From an uncultured bacterium (GTDB lineage: Bacteria; Omnitrophota; Gorgyraeia; Duberdicusellales; CBEUCJ01), in NCBI GenBank assembly GCA_965541615.1, contig CBEUCJ010000001.1, positions 131,754-195,753 on the forward strand: 64,000 bases of DNA, given 5' to 3'. Within the stretch, counting starts at the first letter, position 1, and each line of letters opens with the position of its first letter. The position numbers and the translations under genes are program-made. Under the pieces are notes generated by a model. It was not told where the DNA came from. It saw nothing but the letters and a program-made list of their open reading frames with translations, and made no database searches. Positions 41,347-51,784 of this stretch are shown piece after piece.

Positions 41347-42652
41347 TTGGTTTTATGTAGAGCCTACTAATACCAAAATAGAAGGAGAGATTTTTCTTAA
41401 AGGGGATAAATCTATAACTCATCGTTTAATTATTTTTTCAAGTTTAGCTAGAGGTAAAACTGTAATATTTAATCCCTTAAAATCTGAAGATACTTTAGCT
41501 ACATTAAATATCTTTAAAAACTTGGGTGTTGAGATTGAAGTAGAAAAAGATAGGATGAAGATCAAAGGAAGGGGTAAATATGGTTTGATAGCTCCTTTGA
41601 AAGCTTTAGATTGTAAGGAATCTGGAACTACTATTAGGATTTTGGCAGGATTGCTCTCTGCACAAAAGTTTAGTTCAGTTCTTAGAGCTAAGAAATCTCT
41701 TTTAAACAGACCAATGAAAAGAGTATGCGAACCTTTAAGATTAATGGGAGCTGATATCAAAGGAAGAGTAAAAGATTCTGAAGAGTTTCCGCCATTGAGA
41801 ATAAAAGCTGTTAAATATCTAAAAGGGATAAAGTATAATTTGCCTGTAGCTTCAGCTCAAGTAAAATCTGCTTTGATACTGGCTTCTTTGTATGCTAAGG
41901 GTTCTTGTGAGATAACAGAGCCCTTTAAATCCAGAGATCATACTGAAAGAATTTTAAGTTTTTTAGGAGCAGATATTAAAATAAGGGGTAAAAAGATAAT
42001 AATTAAAAATTCTTTTTTTAAAACTCCCAAAAGATTCTTTATCCCAGCAGATATTTCTTCAGCTTCTTTTTTTATAGCTTTAGCTTTATTAAAAAAAGAT
42101 TCTCATATTAAAATTAAAGATGTTAGTTTAAATCCTACAAGGATTGGTTTTTTGAGAATCTTAAAAAGGATGGGAGCAAAGATTAAACTTTCTTACAAAG
42201 AAAAAGAACCTGAACCCTATGGAGATATAGAAGTCTTCTACTCAAAATTAAAATCTACATTTATAAAAGAAGAAGAAGTTCCTACTTTAATAGATGAACT
42301 CCCTTTATTTATGGTCGTTGCTACTCAAGCAGAAGGAATAAGTTATATTAGTTCCTGTAAAGAGTTGAAAGTAAAAGAGACTGACAGATTAAGATCTATG
42401 ACAGAAAATCTTAGAAAAATGGGAGCCAAAATTTGGATAGAAAAAAAAGGCAATGATTATCAAGTAATAATAAAAGGCCCTACTAAACTCAAAGGCAGAA
42501 TTTTAAATAGTTATTCAGATCATAGGACTTTTTTATCTTTGGTAGTAGCAGCTAATCTTGCAAAATCTGTAAGTAAAATTTCAAATAAAGATTGTGTAAA
42601 TAAATCTTTCCCAGAATTTTTTAAGATTTATAAAATTCTTTTTATTAGTTAA
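41339..42652 (+). CDS. aroA: 3-phosphoshikimate 1-carboxyvinyltransferase (class II EPSPS)
   Basis: GDKSITHR, SGTT.R, RPM.R, ASAQVKS, RDHTE, KETDR, DHR, KSFP. Confidence 0.95.
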   Translation: MNDWFYVEPTNTKIEGEIFLKGDKSITHRLIIFSSLARGKTVIFNPLKSEDTLATLNIFKNLGVEIEVEKDRMKIKGRGKYGLIAPLKALDCKESGTTIRILAGLLSAQKFSSVLRAKKSLLNRPMKRVCEPLRLMGADIKGRVKDSEEFPPLRIKAVKYLKGIKYNLPVASAQVKSALILASLYAKGSCEITEPFKSRDHTERILSFLGADIKIRGKKIIIKNSFFKTPKRFFIPADISSASFFIALALLKKDSHIKIKDVSLNPTRIGFLRILKRMGAKIKLSYKEKEPEPYGDIEVFYSKLKSTFIKEEEVPTLIDELPLFMVVATQAEGISYISSCKELKVKETDRLRSMTENLRKMGAKIWIEKKGNDYQVIIKGPTKLKGRILNSYSDHRTFLSLVVAANLAKSVSKISNKDCVNKSFPEFFKIYKILFIS

Positions 42653-42674
42653 AAAATTTTGAAAAATAATTTTA

Positions 42675-42703
42675 TTGACACTCTTTAATCAGTTTGATAA
42701 ATT
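42675..42703 (+). promoter_or_regulatory. Sigma70-type promoter of the mre operon
   Basis: TTGACA-17 nt-TAAATT with TGn. Confidence 0.6.
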
Positions 42704-42714
42704 TTTGAAAGAAT

Positions 42715-43785
42715 ATGGAATTAAGATTTAAAGAGAAATTAACTAAATTTTTTCATACTTTACTTTCTGTTTTTACTCATGATATAGGTATAGATTTAGG
42801 TACAGCCACTACTTTAGTATATGCAAAAGGTGCAGGTATTATTCTGTGTGAACCTTCAGTGGTAGCTATTCAAAAAGGTACTCGTAAGGTCTTAGCTGTA
42901 GGAGAAGAAGCTAAAAGGATGTTAGGTAAGACTCCAGGTAATATCGTAGCTATTAGACCTCTAAAAGATGGAGTGATAGCTGATTTTGAAGTTACAGAAT
43001 GTATGTTGAGATATTTTATAAAAAAAGTGAATCCTCATAAATTTTCAGGAAGACCCCGAATGGTGATAGCTATCCCTTCAGGTATTACTGAAGTAGAAAA
43101 AAGAGCAGTTAAAGAATCTGCTTATAGAGCAGGAGCAAGAGAGATATTCTGGGTAGAAGAACCTATAGCTGCTGCAATAGGTGTAGGTTTACCAATAGAA
43201 GAACCCACAGGATGTATGATTATCGATATTGGAGGAGGTACGACTGAGATAGCTGTAATTTCTTTAGGAGGAATAGTATTTGCAAAGTCTATTCGTATAG
43301 CAGGTGATGAGATGGATGAAGCCATAGCTGAATATATGAAGAAGACATACAATCTAATGATCGGCGAAAGGACAGCTGAAGAGATAAAGATAAAAATAGG
43401 TTCAGCTTATCCTTTAGAAGAAGAATTAGAGATGGAAGTAAAAGGAAGAGATTTAATAACAGGATTACCTAAAACTATAAAGATTACTTCTGAAGAAGTT
43501 AGAGAAGCTTTAAAAGCACCGATCAATGAAATCTTAGAAGCTACAAAGGTCTCTTTAGAGAAGACCCCACCAGAGTTAGCTGCAGATTTGATAGAAAGAG
43601 GCATAGTATTAGCTGGTGGAGGAGCTTTGTTAAGAGGATTAGATAAATTGATAGCTGAAGAAACAGGTTTACCAGTATTTATTGCAGAAGATCCCATTAC
43701 AGCTGTAGTTCAAGGTACTGGCAAGGTTTTAGAAGAATTTAAGTATTTAAAAAATTTAATTGTTACCTCTCGAGGAGAAGAATAG
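42715..43785 (+). CDS. mreB: Rod shape-determining protein MreB
   Basis: [37 protein letters not shown]. Confidence 0.98.
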   Translation: MELRFKEKLTKFFHTLLSVFTHDIGIDLGTATTLVYAKGAGIILCEPSVVAIQKGTRKVLAVGEEAKRMLGKTPGNIVAIRPLKDGVIADFEVTECMLRYFIKKVNPHKFSGRPRMVIAIPSGITEVEKRAVKESAYRAGAREIFWVEEPIAAAIGVGLPIEEPTGCMIIDIGGGTTEIAVISLGGIVFAKSIRIAGDEMDEAIAEYMKKTYNLMIGERTAEEIKIKIGSAYPLEEELEMEVKGRDLITGLPKTIKITSEEVREALKAPINEILEATKVSLEKTPPELAADLIERGIVLAGGGALLRGLDKLIAEETGLPVFIAEDPITAVVQGTGKVLEEFKYLKNLIVTSRGEE

Positions 43786-44476
43786 AGTAAAATTTTATAT
43801 CCCTTTTTTAATCTTTTTAATTTTAATTTATATTTTTCTAAGAAAAAAATTAATTTCTTTCTTTTATAAATTTGCAGATACCTTAACTCCTTACCCTTCT
43901 CAACTAGAAACTTTAAAAAAAGAAATAGTTTTTCTAAAAGCAAAGCTTGTTTCTTTGAAAAGTTTGGAGGCAGAAAACAAAAGATTAAAAGAGCTTTTAG
44001 GTTTAAAGGATGAAAATAAGAAAATAATTGTTTCTAAGGTTTTAAGAGTAAATATTTCAGGAGGACACAGAGAAATTTTAATAGATAAAGGCAAAGAAGA
44101 TGGTTTAGAAAAAGGAATGTATGTTTTTAAAAAAGAATATCTTATAGGTCAGATAATAGAGACTTTTGAAAATATGAGTAGAGTCCTTTTAATAAATGAT
44201 GCACACTTTTATTTACCAGTTTATGTTAAAATTTCAGAATCAGAGAGAGAAGAATGCTTATTGAAAGGAAATTTGAAAGGAGAGTTGGAGTTAGAGTTTG
44301 TAGAAAATTTTGAAAAGATAAAAATAGGCAACAAAGTTTATACTCAAAAGTTTTCTTCTTTATTACCAGATATATACATAGGAAAAGTTTACTTTGTTAA
44401 TCCAGAGCAAAAGATAATTAAAGTCTCATCTCCAGCTGATCTTAAAAATTTTGATTTTGTAGTTATTTATAAATGA
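43760..44476 (+). CDS. mreC: Rod shape-determining protein MreC (start uncertain)
   Basis: TM + coiled coil EN.RLKELL + IDKG..DG...GM.V...LIG.I. Confidence 0.88.
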   Translation: MLPLEEKNRVKFYIPFLIFLILIYIFLRKKLISFFYKFADTLTPYPSQLETLKKEIVFLKAKLVSLKSLEAENKRLKELLGLKDENKKIIVSKVLRVNISGGHREILIDKGKEDGLEKGMYVFKKEYLIGQIIETFENMSRVLLINDAHFYLPVYVKISESEREECLLKGNLKGELELEFVENFEKIKIGNKVYTQKFSSLLPDIYIGKVYFVNPEQKIIKVSSPADLKNFDFVVIYK

Positions 44477-44835
44477 GATTTGTTATTTTCTTTTTTTGTT
44501 TTCTTATTCAGACTAAACTCAGCTTTTTAAATTTAGATTTGGATTTTTTAAGTAGCTTTTCTTTAGCTTTCTTTACTAAGAGGAAGAGGTTATTTCTTCC
44601 TACACTTTCTTTTTTTATTAAGGATATTTTAGAATTGAATTTATTCCCTTATACTCTTTTAATCTTTTGTTCCCTTTTATTTTTTAAAAAGAGATTTTTG
44701 AAAGATATTTATTTTTATCTTGCTTTTTTTAGTTTTGAGTGCACATTATATTTATTTAAGAATATCTTTTTCCCTTTTTATTATTACCTCCCTTTTAATA
44801 TAGCTTTAACTTTATTTTTAAGAAAATATGTATAG
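44473..44835 (+). CDS. mreD: Highly divergent MreD-like membrane protein
   Basis: Entirely hydrophobic ORF between mreC and mrdA, coupled on both sides. Confidence 0.55.
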   Translation: MRFVIFFFCFLIQTKLSFLNLDLDFLSSFSLAFFTKRKRLFLPTLSFFIKDILELNLFPYTLLIFCSLLFFKKRFLKDIYFYLAFFSFECTLYLFKNIFFPFYYYLPFNIALTLFLRKYV

Positions 44836-46477
44836 AAATCTAATAGTTATTATCTTACTCTTTTTTTTAGCTGATTACACACTCTTTAATCTTCAGATAG
44901 AAAATTACAAGCTCTATAAGAGACTTTCAGAAAGAAACTGCATAAGGTTTATTCCTCTGTATGGAAAAAGAGGCAGAATTTTAGATGCAAAAGGAAGATT
45001 GTTAGCTGAAGATAAAGAAGTGTATAATTTAGCCGTAAATTCTTCGGAGTTAAGCAGAGAGAGTTTAAATTTTTTGAGTAAAACATTAAAGATATCTATC
45101 AAAGAGATTAAAGATTTAATAAAAAAAAATTATAATTATTTTTTTCCTACCATATTAAAGAGAAATTTGAGTAAAAAAGAAATTTTTTTATTTAAAATGA
45201 ATGAAAAATTTTATCCTGAAATCACTGTTTTGAAAACATTTAAGAGAAGATACAATTTTAGAAAAATATTCTCTCATGTTTTAGGGTATACTGTGAATCT
45301 CACTCCTATTAAAAAACAAATTTTTAAAAAATATGGTTTAGATATTCCTAAAAGAGAAGGGGCAAAAGGTATAGAGAAGATCTTCGATGAATATTTAAGA
45401 CCTGAAAATGGAATAATAGAAATAAAAGTAGATTCCAAACTTAAAATTATAGAGATTTTGGCGATTAAAAAACCTAAAAAAGGAAAAGATATCCAACTAA
45501 CTTTAGACGCAGAATTTCAAAAAGTAGCTTTTTCAGCTTTGAAAAATTTTAAAGGTGTAATTATCTTTGGAGATATAAAAGGTAAAATTATAAGTCTGGT
45601 AAGTAAACCTAGTTTTGATATCCAAAGATTTGTAGATAAAGATAATGAGTATATAAAAAAAATAATGCAGTCTAAAAATGCTCCTCTTTTAAATAGAGCT
45701 ACTCAAGGAGTTTATCCTCCAGGTTCTATATTTAAGCTAGTATTAAGTGTGGGAGCCTTACAAGAAAATTTGATTTCAATAAATGATAAATTCTTTTGCA
45801 GTGGAGAGTTTAAATATGGAAATAGAATATTTAAGTGTTGGTCAGAACACGGATATCAAAATATAATTTCAGCTATTAAGAATTCATGCAATGTGTATTT
45901 TTATAATCTAGGTTTAAAGATGGGCAAAAAAAATATTTTAAAATATGCAGATCTTTTAGGATTTTCTCAAAAAACAGGGATTGAATTAGAAGAAAAAAAA
46001 GGATACTTACCTTCTGGGGATCTTTCAGAAACTAATGTTCTTAATATTTCTATAGGTCAGGGCAAAATTTTAGTTACGCCCATTCAAGTTTTTAAATTAA
46101 TGTGTTTCATTGCTAACAAAGGTAATTTAGTTAAACCTTACCTTATAAAGAGAATAGGAGAAATAGAATTTAAACCCGAATTGAAACCTTTAGGAATTAA
46201 AGAAAAAAATCTTGAGATAATAAAGATGGGAATGAGGAGAGCTGTTCAAGATGGTACTGCACAGATATTAAGTAAATTAAAACTTAATATATGTGCTAAA
46301 ACTGGGACTGCTCAGAATCCTAAAAAACCTCATAGTTGGGTAGCAGGTTTTTTCCCTTACAAAAAACCTAAATATGTGTTTGTGGTATTGCTTGAGCATG
46401 GAGGTTCAAGTATAAACGCTTGCAAGATAGCTTTTAGATTTTTGAAAGGACTTAAAGAAAAAGGGTTAATAAGATGA
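44828..46477 (+). CDS. mrdA: Penicillin-binding protein 2
   Basis: RG.I.D, PGSIFK (SxxK), SCN (SxN), KTGTAQ. Confidence 0.93.
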   Translation: MYRNLIVIILLFFLADYTLFNLQIENYKLYKRLSERNCIRFIPLYGKRGRILDAKGRLLAEDKEVYNLAVNSSELSRESLNFLSKTLKISIKEIKDLIKKNYNYFFPTILKRNLSKKEIFLFKMNEKFYPEITVLKTFKRRYNFRKIFSHVLGYTVNLTPIKKQIFKKYGLDIPKREGAKGIEKIFDEYLRPENGIIEIKVDSKLKIIEILAIKKPKKGKDIQLTLDAEFQKVAFSALKNFKGVIIFGDIKGKIISLVSKPSFDIQRFVDKDNEYIKKIMQSKNAPLLNRATQGVYPPGSIFKLVLSVGALQENLISINDKFFCSGEFKYGNRIFKCWSEHGYQNIISAIKNSCNVYFYNLGLKMGKKNILKYADLLGFSQKTGIELEEKKGYLPSGDLSETNVLNISIGQGKILVTPIQVFKLMCFIANKGNLVKPYLIKRIGEIEFKPELKPLGIKEKNLEIIKMGMRRAVQDGTAQILSKLKLNICAKTGTAQNPKKPHSWVAGFFPYKKPKYVFVVLLEHGGSSINACKIAFRFLKGLKEKGLIR

Positions 46478-47541
46478 GAGTGTATATTTGTTTAATTTTA
46501 ATAACTTTAGTTAGTTGTATACTAAATTACAGCGCTATGAGTTATAACTCAAGATTAGTCTTTACAGAAAGGTTTGCCAAACACTTAATATTTTTATCAG
46601 TTGGCTGGTTATTCTTTTTATTCTTTAAAAAGAAAAAGAATCTAAAGGTTTATGAATTCAGCACACTCTTATATTTTCTTACAATTTTACTTTTAGTATT
46701 ACTATTTTTTTTCGGTAAAAGAATAGGAGGAGCTGTAAGATGGTTTAGAATAGGTACATTTTCTTTTCAACCTTCAGAGTTATCAAAACTTAGTCTAATT
46801 TTATTCTTAAGTTTTTGGTACCATAGATATTTATCAGAGTACAGTCTTTTTACCAAATATAAAATTTTAAAAGAGTTTTTTTTACCTTTATTTTTTACGA
46901 GTATTTTTTCTATACTTGTTTTCTTTCAGCCAGATTTAGGTACCTCTTTAGAGCTTCTTTTATTTTTCTTCTTAATTTACCTTTTGCTCCCTTTTAAAAA
47001 ATACCCTCTAATCTTTTTAATAGTTTTTTTTGTTATCCTGTTACCTTATATTTTTTCACATCTAAAACCTTATCAACAAAATAGAATATTAGTTTTTATA
47101 AATCCTCAAATAGACCCTTTAGGAGCAGGTTTCAGCACTATGCAGGCAAAGATAGCTATAGGTTCAGGTGGATTAGTAGGAAAAGGATTTTTAAAAGGTT
47201 CACAATCTCAATTAAATTTTTTACCTGAAAGGCATACTGATTTTGTATTTAGTGTTTGGTGTGAAGAGTGGGGGTTTATAGGAGCTAACTTTTTATTTTT
47301 CTTGTATTTTTATCTTTTTTATTTGATATTAAAAGAATTTCAAAATTCTCTTACAAATTTTAAAAGAATGATTTGCTTAGGTGCTTTAATCCATTTTTCA
47401 TTACATTTTTTTATAAATATCTTTATGTGTTTAGGATTGTTACCTGTGGTAGGTTTACCTTTACCTTTTTTAAGTTATGGTGGTTCACACACTTTAATAA
47501 ATTTTATTCTTTTAGGCTTAGTTTTTAATAAATATCTTTGA
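46474..47541 (+). CDS. rodA: SEDS peptidoglycan polymerase RodA
   Basis: GA.RW, QPSE..K, QPDLGT, AIGSGG..GKG, PE.HTDF, LPFLSYGGS. Confidence 0.95.
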   Translation: MRVYICLILITLVSCILNYSAMSYNSRLVFTERFAKHLIFLSVGWLFFLFFKKKKNLKVYEFSTLLYFLTILLLVLLFFFGKRIGGAVRWFRIGTFSFQPSELSKLSLILFLSFWYHRYLSEYSLFTKYKILKEFFLPLFFTSIFSILVFFQPDLGTSLELLLFFFLIYLLLPFKKYPLIFLIVFFVILLPYIFSHLKPYQQNRILVFINPQIDPLGAGFSTMQAKIAIGSGGLVGKGFLKGSQSQLNFLPERHTDFVFSVWCEEWGFIGANFLFFLYFYLFYLILKEFQNSLTNFKRMICLGALIHFSLHFFINIFMCLGLLPVVGLPLPFLSYGGSHTLINFILLGLVFNKYL

Positions 47542-47569
47542 TATAATTAATAAATAATTTCTGTTAAAA

Positions 47570-48625
47570 GTGAAGAAAATAGTTTTAATTACTGGTTCTT
47601 GTGGATTAGTAGGAGCAAGCTGTTCTGAATTTTTTTCTAAAAAAGGTTTTAAAATCATAGGAATAGATAACAATACAAGAGAAAGATTATTTGGGAAATT
47701 AGGTTCTATCAATAAGATTAAATACTATCTTAAAGAGAAAATTTCAGATTACACACATTTTGATTTAGATATTTGTGATGAAAAGAATATAGAGGATCTT
47801 TTTAAAGAATATAAATTTGATCTAATAATTCACGCTGCTGCTCAACCTTCACATGACTGGGCAAAGAAATACCCTTTATTCGATTTTAAAATAAATGCTT
47901 ATGGAACTCTTATTCTTTTAGAAAATTTTAGAAAATACAACTCTCAAGCTGTTTTCATATTCTTATCGACTAACAAAGTATATGGAGATAAAGTAAATTA
48001 TTTACCTTTTGTAGAGTTAGAAAAAAGATTTGATCTTTTACCTTCCCATCCTTACTATAAAGGAGTAGATGAAAAAATGGGTGTAGATAATACTTTACAT
48101 AGTCTTTTTGGAGCTTCTAAATTATCTGCAGATATTTTAGTTCAAGAATATGGTAAATACTACGGTTTAAAGACAGCTTGTTTTCGATGTGGTTGTATCA
48201 GTGGAAAGTTTCACTGTGGTGTAGAGCTTCATGGATTTTTATCTTATCTTGTAAGGTGTTTTATTTTAAATAAAAAGTATGTAATCTATGGTTATAAAGG
48301 AAAACAGGTAAGAGATAACTTACATGCTTATGATTTGGCAAAAGCTTTTTATTTATTTTATCTCAATCCTAAATATGGAGAAATCTATAATTTAGGAGGA
48401 GGTCGTTTTTCCAATGTCTCTGTTCTTGAAGCTATTTCTATCTGTGAGAAGATTTGTGGTAAAAAGATAGAAATAGAATATAAAGATGAAAATAGGATAG
48501 GTGATCATATTTGGTGGATTACAGATAATTCTAAGTTTAAAAAAGATTTTCCTGATTGGGAGCTTACTTATAATGTAGAAAAGATTATAGAGGAGATTTA
48601 TTTATTTCAGAAAAATAATTTTTAA
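47570..48625 (+). CDS. NAD-dependent nucleotide-sugar epimerase/dehydratase
   Basis: TGSCGLVG, HAAAQPSHD, STNKVYG, FGASK, QVRDN. Confidence 0.9.
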   Translation: MKKIVLITGSCGLVGASCSEFFSKKGFKIIGIDNNTRERLFGKLGSINKIKYYLKEKISDYTHFDLDICDEKNIEDLFKEYKFDLIIHAAAQPSHDWAKKYPLFDFKINAYGTLILLENFRKYNSQAVFIFLSTNKVYGDKVNYLPFVELEKRFDLLPSHPYYKGVDEKMGVDNTLHSLFGASKLSADILVQEYGKYYGLKTACFRCGCISGKFHCGVELHGFLSYLVRCFILNKKYVIYGYKGKQVRDNLHAYDLAKAFYLFYLNPKYGEIYNLGGGRFSNVSVLEAISICEKICGKKIEIEYKDENRIGDHIWWITDNSKFKKDFPDWELTYNVEKIIEEIYLFQKNNF

Positions 48626-48635
48626 AATAACAAAT

Positions 48636-49736
48636 ATTAAAATCAAAAACTTATTATCTTATATAATAGCTGCTTTCCTTTTCTTACGCCCTTTCATTAG
48701 TGATCTTACTTTTGAAAAAATAGAGATTTATTTTTCATCTCTTTTTGATCTGTTTCTCTTTTTAGAAATATTTAAAAAATTCAAAAAAAAGTTTTATGCT
48801 AAATTAGTCTCTTTCTTTTTCTTAAGCTTATTAATTAATTGCGTTTATTCTCACTCTCCTATTTTAAGTACAATTTACTTTTGTAAAAAATATGTCTTTT
48901 GTCTACTCCTTTTTTATTTTTTTCTTTTAAAAACAGAAAGAGAGCTATTTTATAGAATAATTATACTTAGTGCTTTTTTTATTCTCCTTCTTAGCTTACA
49001 TGCTCATTTTGTAGTTGCGACTCATTTAAAAGAAAAGAGTGCCTCTTGGTTTATCTATGAGTTTCTTTCTCGAAAAAGGTTATTTTTTCCTTTTGTGTTA
49101 CCAGCACATTTAGCAGGATTTTTATCTATGGTTATGTTTTTCCATTACAGGACTATTTCTAACAAATTTTTGAAGATAAGTGGTTTGGTGTTCTTTCTTT
49201 TTGGCTTACTTTTAACACAATCTATAGCAGCAGTCTTTTCTCTTTTAATGAGTGTTTTTCTATGTTTATTAATTAAAAAGAAATACAAAAGAATTTTTCT
49301 TTTACTTATACCTTCTATTTTTTTGTTAGCTTTGGTATTCTTTTTACGTCTTCAATATCATAAGGACTTTACTCAACCTTATTTTTCTCTTTTAAAAAGA
49401 ATTGAATATTTTAAAGAGACGATAAAATTAATTTCTAAACATCCTCTTCGAGGAGTGGGTATAGGTTTATTTTCTTTAAAAAATACATTGTTTTCTCATA
49501 ATCTCTTTCTTCAATTATGGGCAGAAGCAGGATTTTTAAGTTTTGTATTATTTTTAATTATTTGTATCTTTTTTATAAAGAAAGGAATGAGAGTAAAAGA
49601 AGAAAAAGATTTTTATATTTTTATAGCTGGAGTATGTTTTCTCATACATAACTTAGTAGATTTTACTTTCTTCACTTTGCAAGTTTCTTTTTTATGGTGG
49701 ATTTGTTTGGGAGTAATTTTAAGTAAGAGCGAGTAA
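48636..49736 (+). CDS. O-antigen ligase / Wzy_C-family membrane protein (start non-canonical, approximate)
   Basis: Frame open from 48591 with no ATG/GTG/TTG until 49095, but hydrophobic and gene-like (IIAAFLFLRPFISD...); C-terminal HPLRGVGIG, SHNLFLQLWAEAG, HNLVDF. Confidence 0.8.
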   Translation: MKIKNLLSYIIAAFLFLRPFISDLTFEKIEIYFSSLFDLFLFLEIFKKFKKKFYAKLVSFFFLSLLINCVYSHSPILSTIYFCKKYVFCLLLFYFFLLKTERELFYRIIILSAFFILLLSLHAHFVVATHLKEKSASWFIYEFLSRKRLFFPFVLPAHLAGFLSMVMFFHYRTISNKFLKISGLVFFLFGLLLTQSIAAVFSLLMSVFLCLLIKKKYKRIFLLLIPSIFLLALVFFLRLQYHKDFTQPYFSLLKRIEYFKETIKLISKHPLRGVGIGLFSLKNTLFSHNLFLQLWAEAGFLSFVLFLIICIFFIKKGMRVKEEKDFYIFIAGVCFLIHNLVDFTFFTLQVSFLWWICLGVILSKSE

Positions 49737-50687
49737 AATTACTTTTAAAGAACATAAAAAAGATAATCCAAAAAAAATAAAAAACCACAGAAATTTTTTT
49801 AAAAAAAGAAAGATACTGCTACTTGCCCATAGAGATGTTAAGAAATAAATTAAGAAAAGAGAAAAATAATAATTATTGGTTTTTCTAAATAATCTTAAAA
49901 AAAGATGGTCTTGAGTTTTTTTAAAAGGGAAGATTCTCTTTTTAATTCTTACAAGTATAAGAAATAAAGTATCTAATATAGGCAATCCTAAGAGTAATAC
50001 AGGAACAAAGATAGCAAAAACATTCTCTAAATTAGCATAGTCAATATACATGCTGATTCCTGCAAAAAGAAATCCTAAAAAATGGCTCCCAGAGTTTCCC
50101 ATAAACATCTTTGCAGGAGGAAGATTAAAAATATAAAAAATACTTAAAGAGACAAAAAGAGAAAAGAAAAAGAAGGAAAGTAAGTAATCTTTAAGAAGAA
50201 TACAAATAAAGAGAAAAAAAAGATTAACAATTAAACTTACTCCACTACATAATCCATCTTTTATATCTAAAAGATTAAAAGCATTCATAATTCCTATTAT
50301 CCAAAGAAAAGAAAGTATAAAATTTAAAAAGGAAGGAAAAAAATATATTTGAATTCTTTTAGCAAAAATAAGAAAGATAAGACAAAAAAATATATGTAGA
50401 ATAAACTTTTTTTTAAGATCAAATTCTTTTAAATCATCAAAAAATTCGATTAAAAAAATTAGAAAAGAAAACAAAAGCAAGATTTTAAAATCTTTATCTA
50501 AAGAAATGTTTTCAATAAATACAAATATAAAAAAGCTAAGGAAAAAAGAAAGAATAATTCCCAATCCTCCTAAAAAAGAGACTTTTTCTTTTGTTTTAAA
50601 AATATTAAACTTAGAAGAAAAAAAAGAAATAAAAGAAAATATAATTGGAGTTATAATTAAGGGATAAAAAAATATACTTACTTTCAT
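49719..50687 (-). CDS. MraY/WecA-family polyprenyl-phosphate sugar-phosphate transferase
   Basis: GG.GI, DD, NAFNLLD..DGL, N.PPAK.FMG.SGS, P.LDT, DHL. Confidence 0.9.
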   Translation of the reverse strand: MKVSIFFYPLIITPIIFSFISFFSSKFNIFKTKEKVSFLGGLGIILSFFLSFFIFVFIENISLDKDFKILLLFSFLIFLIEFFDDLKEFDLKKKFILHIFFCLIFLIFAKRIQIYFFPSFLNFILSFLWIIGIMNAFNLLDIKDGLCSGVSLIVNLFFLFICILLKDYLLSFFFFSLFVSLSIFYIFNLPPAKMFMGNSGSHFLGFLFAGISMYIDYANLENVFAIFVPVLLLGLPILDTLFLILVRIKKRIFPFKKTQDHLFLRLFRKTNNYYFSLFLIYFLTSLWASSSIFLFLKKFLWFFIFFGLSFLCSLKVILLALT

Positions 50688-51784
50688 AATTTTTGATAAA
50701 GCATCTCTATTTCTCTAATATAACGCTGATAAGACCAATATTCTGTATTTAATCTTTCTCTTTCTTTTTTTATTATTCTATTCCATTCATCTATATTCTT
50801 CAACATTTCTACACATATTTTCCCTAAATTTTTTATATCTTTAAACTCTACTACAAGCCCTTGTTTTTTATTTTTTACAATATCCAAAACTCCTCCTGTG
50901 TTGGTTACAATTAAAGGTATGCCACTTATTACTGCTTCTATTACCGATAAAGGAAGCCCTTCCCAAAGAGAAGTTAATACAAAAATAATCGTTTTTTTAT
51001 AAAAATATGTAATATCTCTTTGCCATCCTAAAAGAAATACATTTTTATCTAATCTTTTCTTTTTTATTAATCTTTTTATTTTTTTTCTTAAAGGTCCATC
51101 TCCTAAAATATAAAATTTAATTTTAGGAAAAATCTTTAAAACATCTTCTGCCATATTTAAAAAATACTTTAAACCTTTCTGAGGTTTTAAAGAAGAGACA
51201 GTGATGATAAAATTATTTGAATTTCTTTCTTTAAATACTTTCTCAAAAATATTCGTTTCAATTCCATAATGAATAAGTTTTAATTTGGAAATAGGAATTA
51301 TTTTTTTGCCTTCATTTAGGTCTTTTTTAGAGACTACAATGATTTTTTTTGTAATTTTAGCTGTCAGTTTTTCTAAAAAAAGATAAAGATAATAACTCAC
51401 AGGAGAGATAAATTTGTGGAATGGCCAACCATGCACTGTGTAGACAATATTTTTGCAACCTGCAAAGAAAGCAGCCCATCTGCCTAAAAAACTTGCTTTT
51501 GGAGAATGGGTGTGAATAATATCAAATTTATGCTTCTTTATATATAAAAATATTTTTATGAAGGCAAATATATCATAAAAAATGTTTATTTCTCTTTTTA
51601 ATTCTTTAATTAGGTAAACTTTTAAATAAGGAATCTTTAAAAAATCTTTTTTTAAAAATCCATAATCACCTGCTAAAAGGAAAAGTTTATATTTTTTAGG
51701 ATCAAGATTTTTAATGAGAAGTAAAAGCTCTTTTTGAGCTCCTCCTAATTCTAAATGAGTAATGATAAACAATATTTTTTTCAT
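50684..51784 (-). CDS. Glycosyltransferase family 4
   Basis: LGGAQ, HTH..KA, TVHG, S.WEGLP...EA. Confidence 0.9.
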   Translation of the reverse strand: MKKILFIITHLELGGAQKELLLLIKNLDPKKYKLFLLAGDYGFLKKDFLKIPYLKVYLIKELKREINIFYDIFAFIKIFLYIKKHKFDIIHTHSPKASFLGRWAAFFAGCKNIVYTVHGWPFHKFISPVSYYLYLFLEKLTAKITKKIIVVSKKDLNEGKKIIPISKLKLIHYGIETNIFEKVFKERNSNNFIITVSSLKPQKGLKYFLNMAEDVLKIFPKIKFYILGDGPLRKKIKRLIKKKRLDKNVFLLGWQRDITYFYKKTIIFVLTSLWEGLPLSVIEAVISGIPLIVTNTGGVLDIVKNKKQGLVVEFKDIKNLGKICVEMLKNIDEWNRIIKKERERLNTEYWSYQRYIREIEMLYQKL

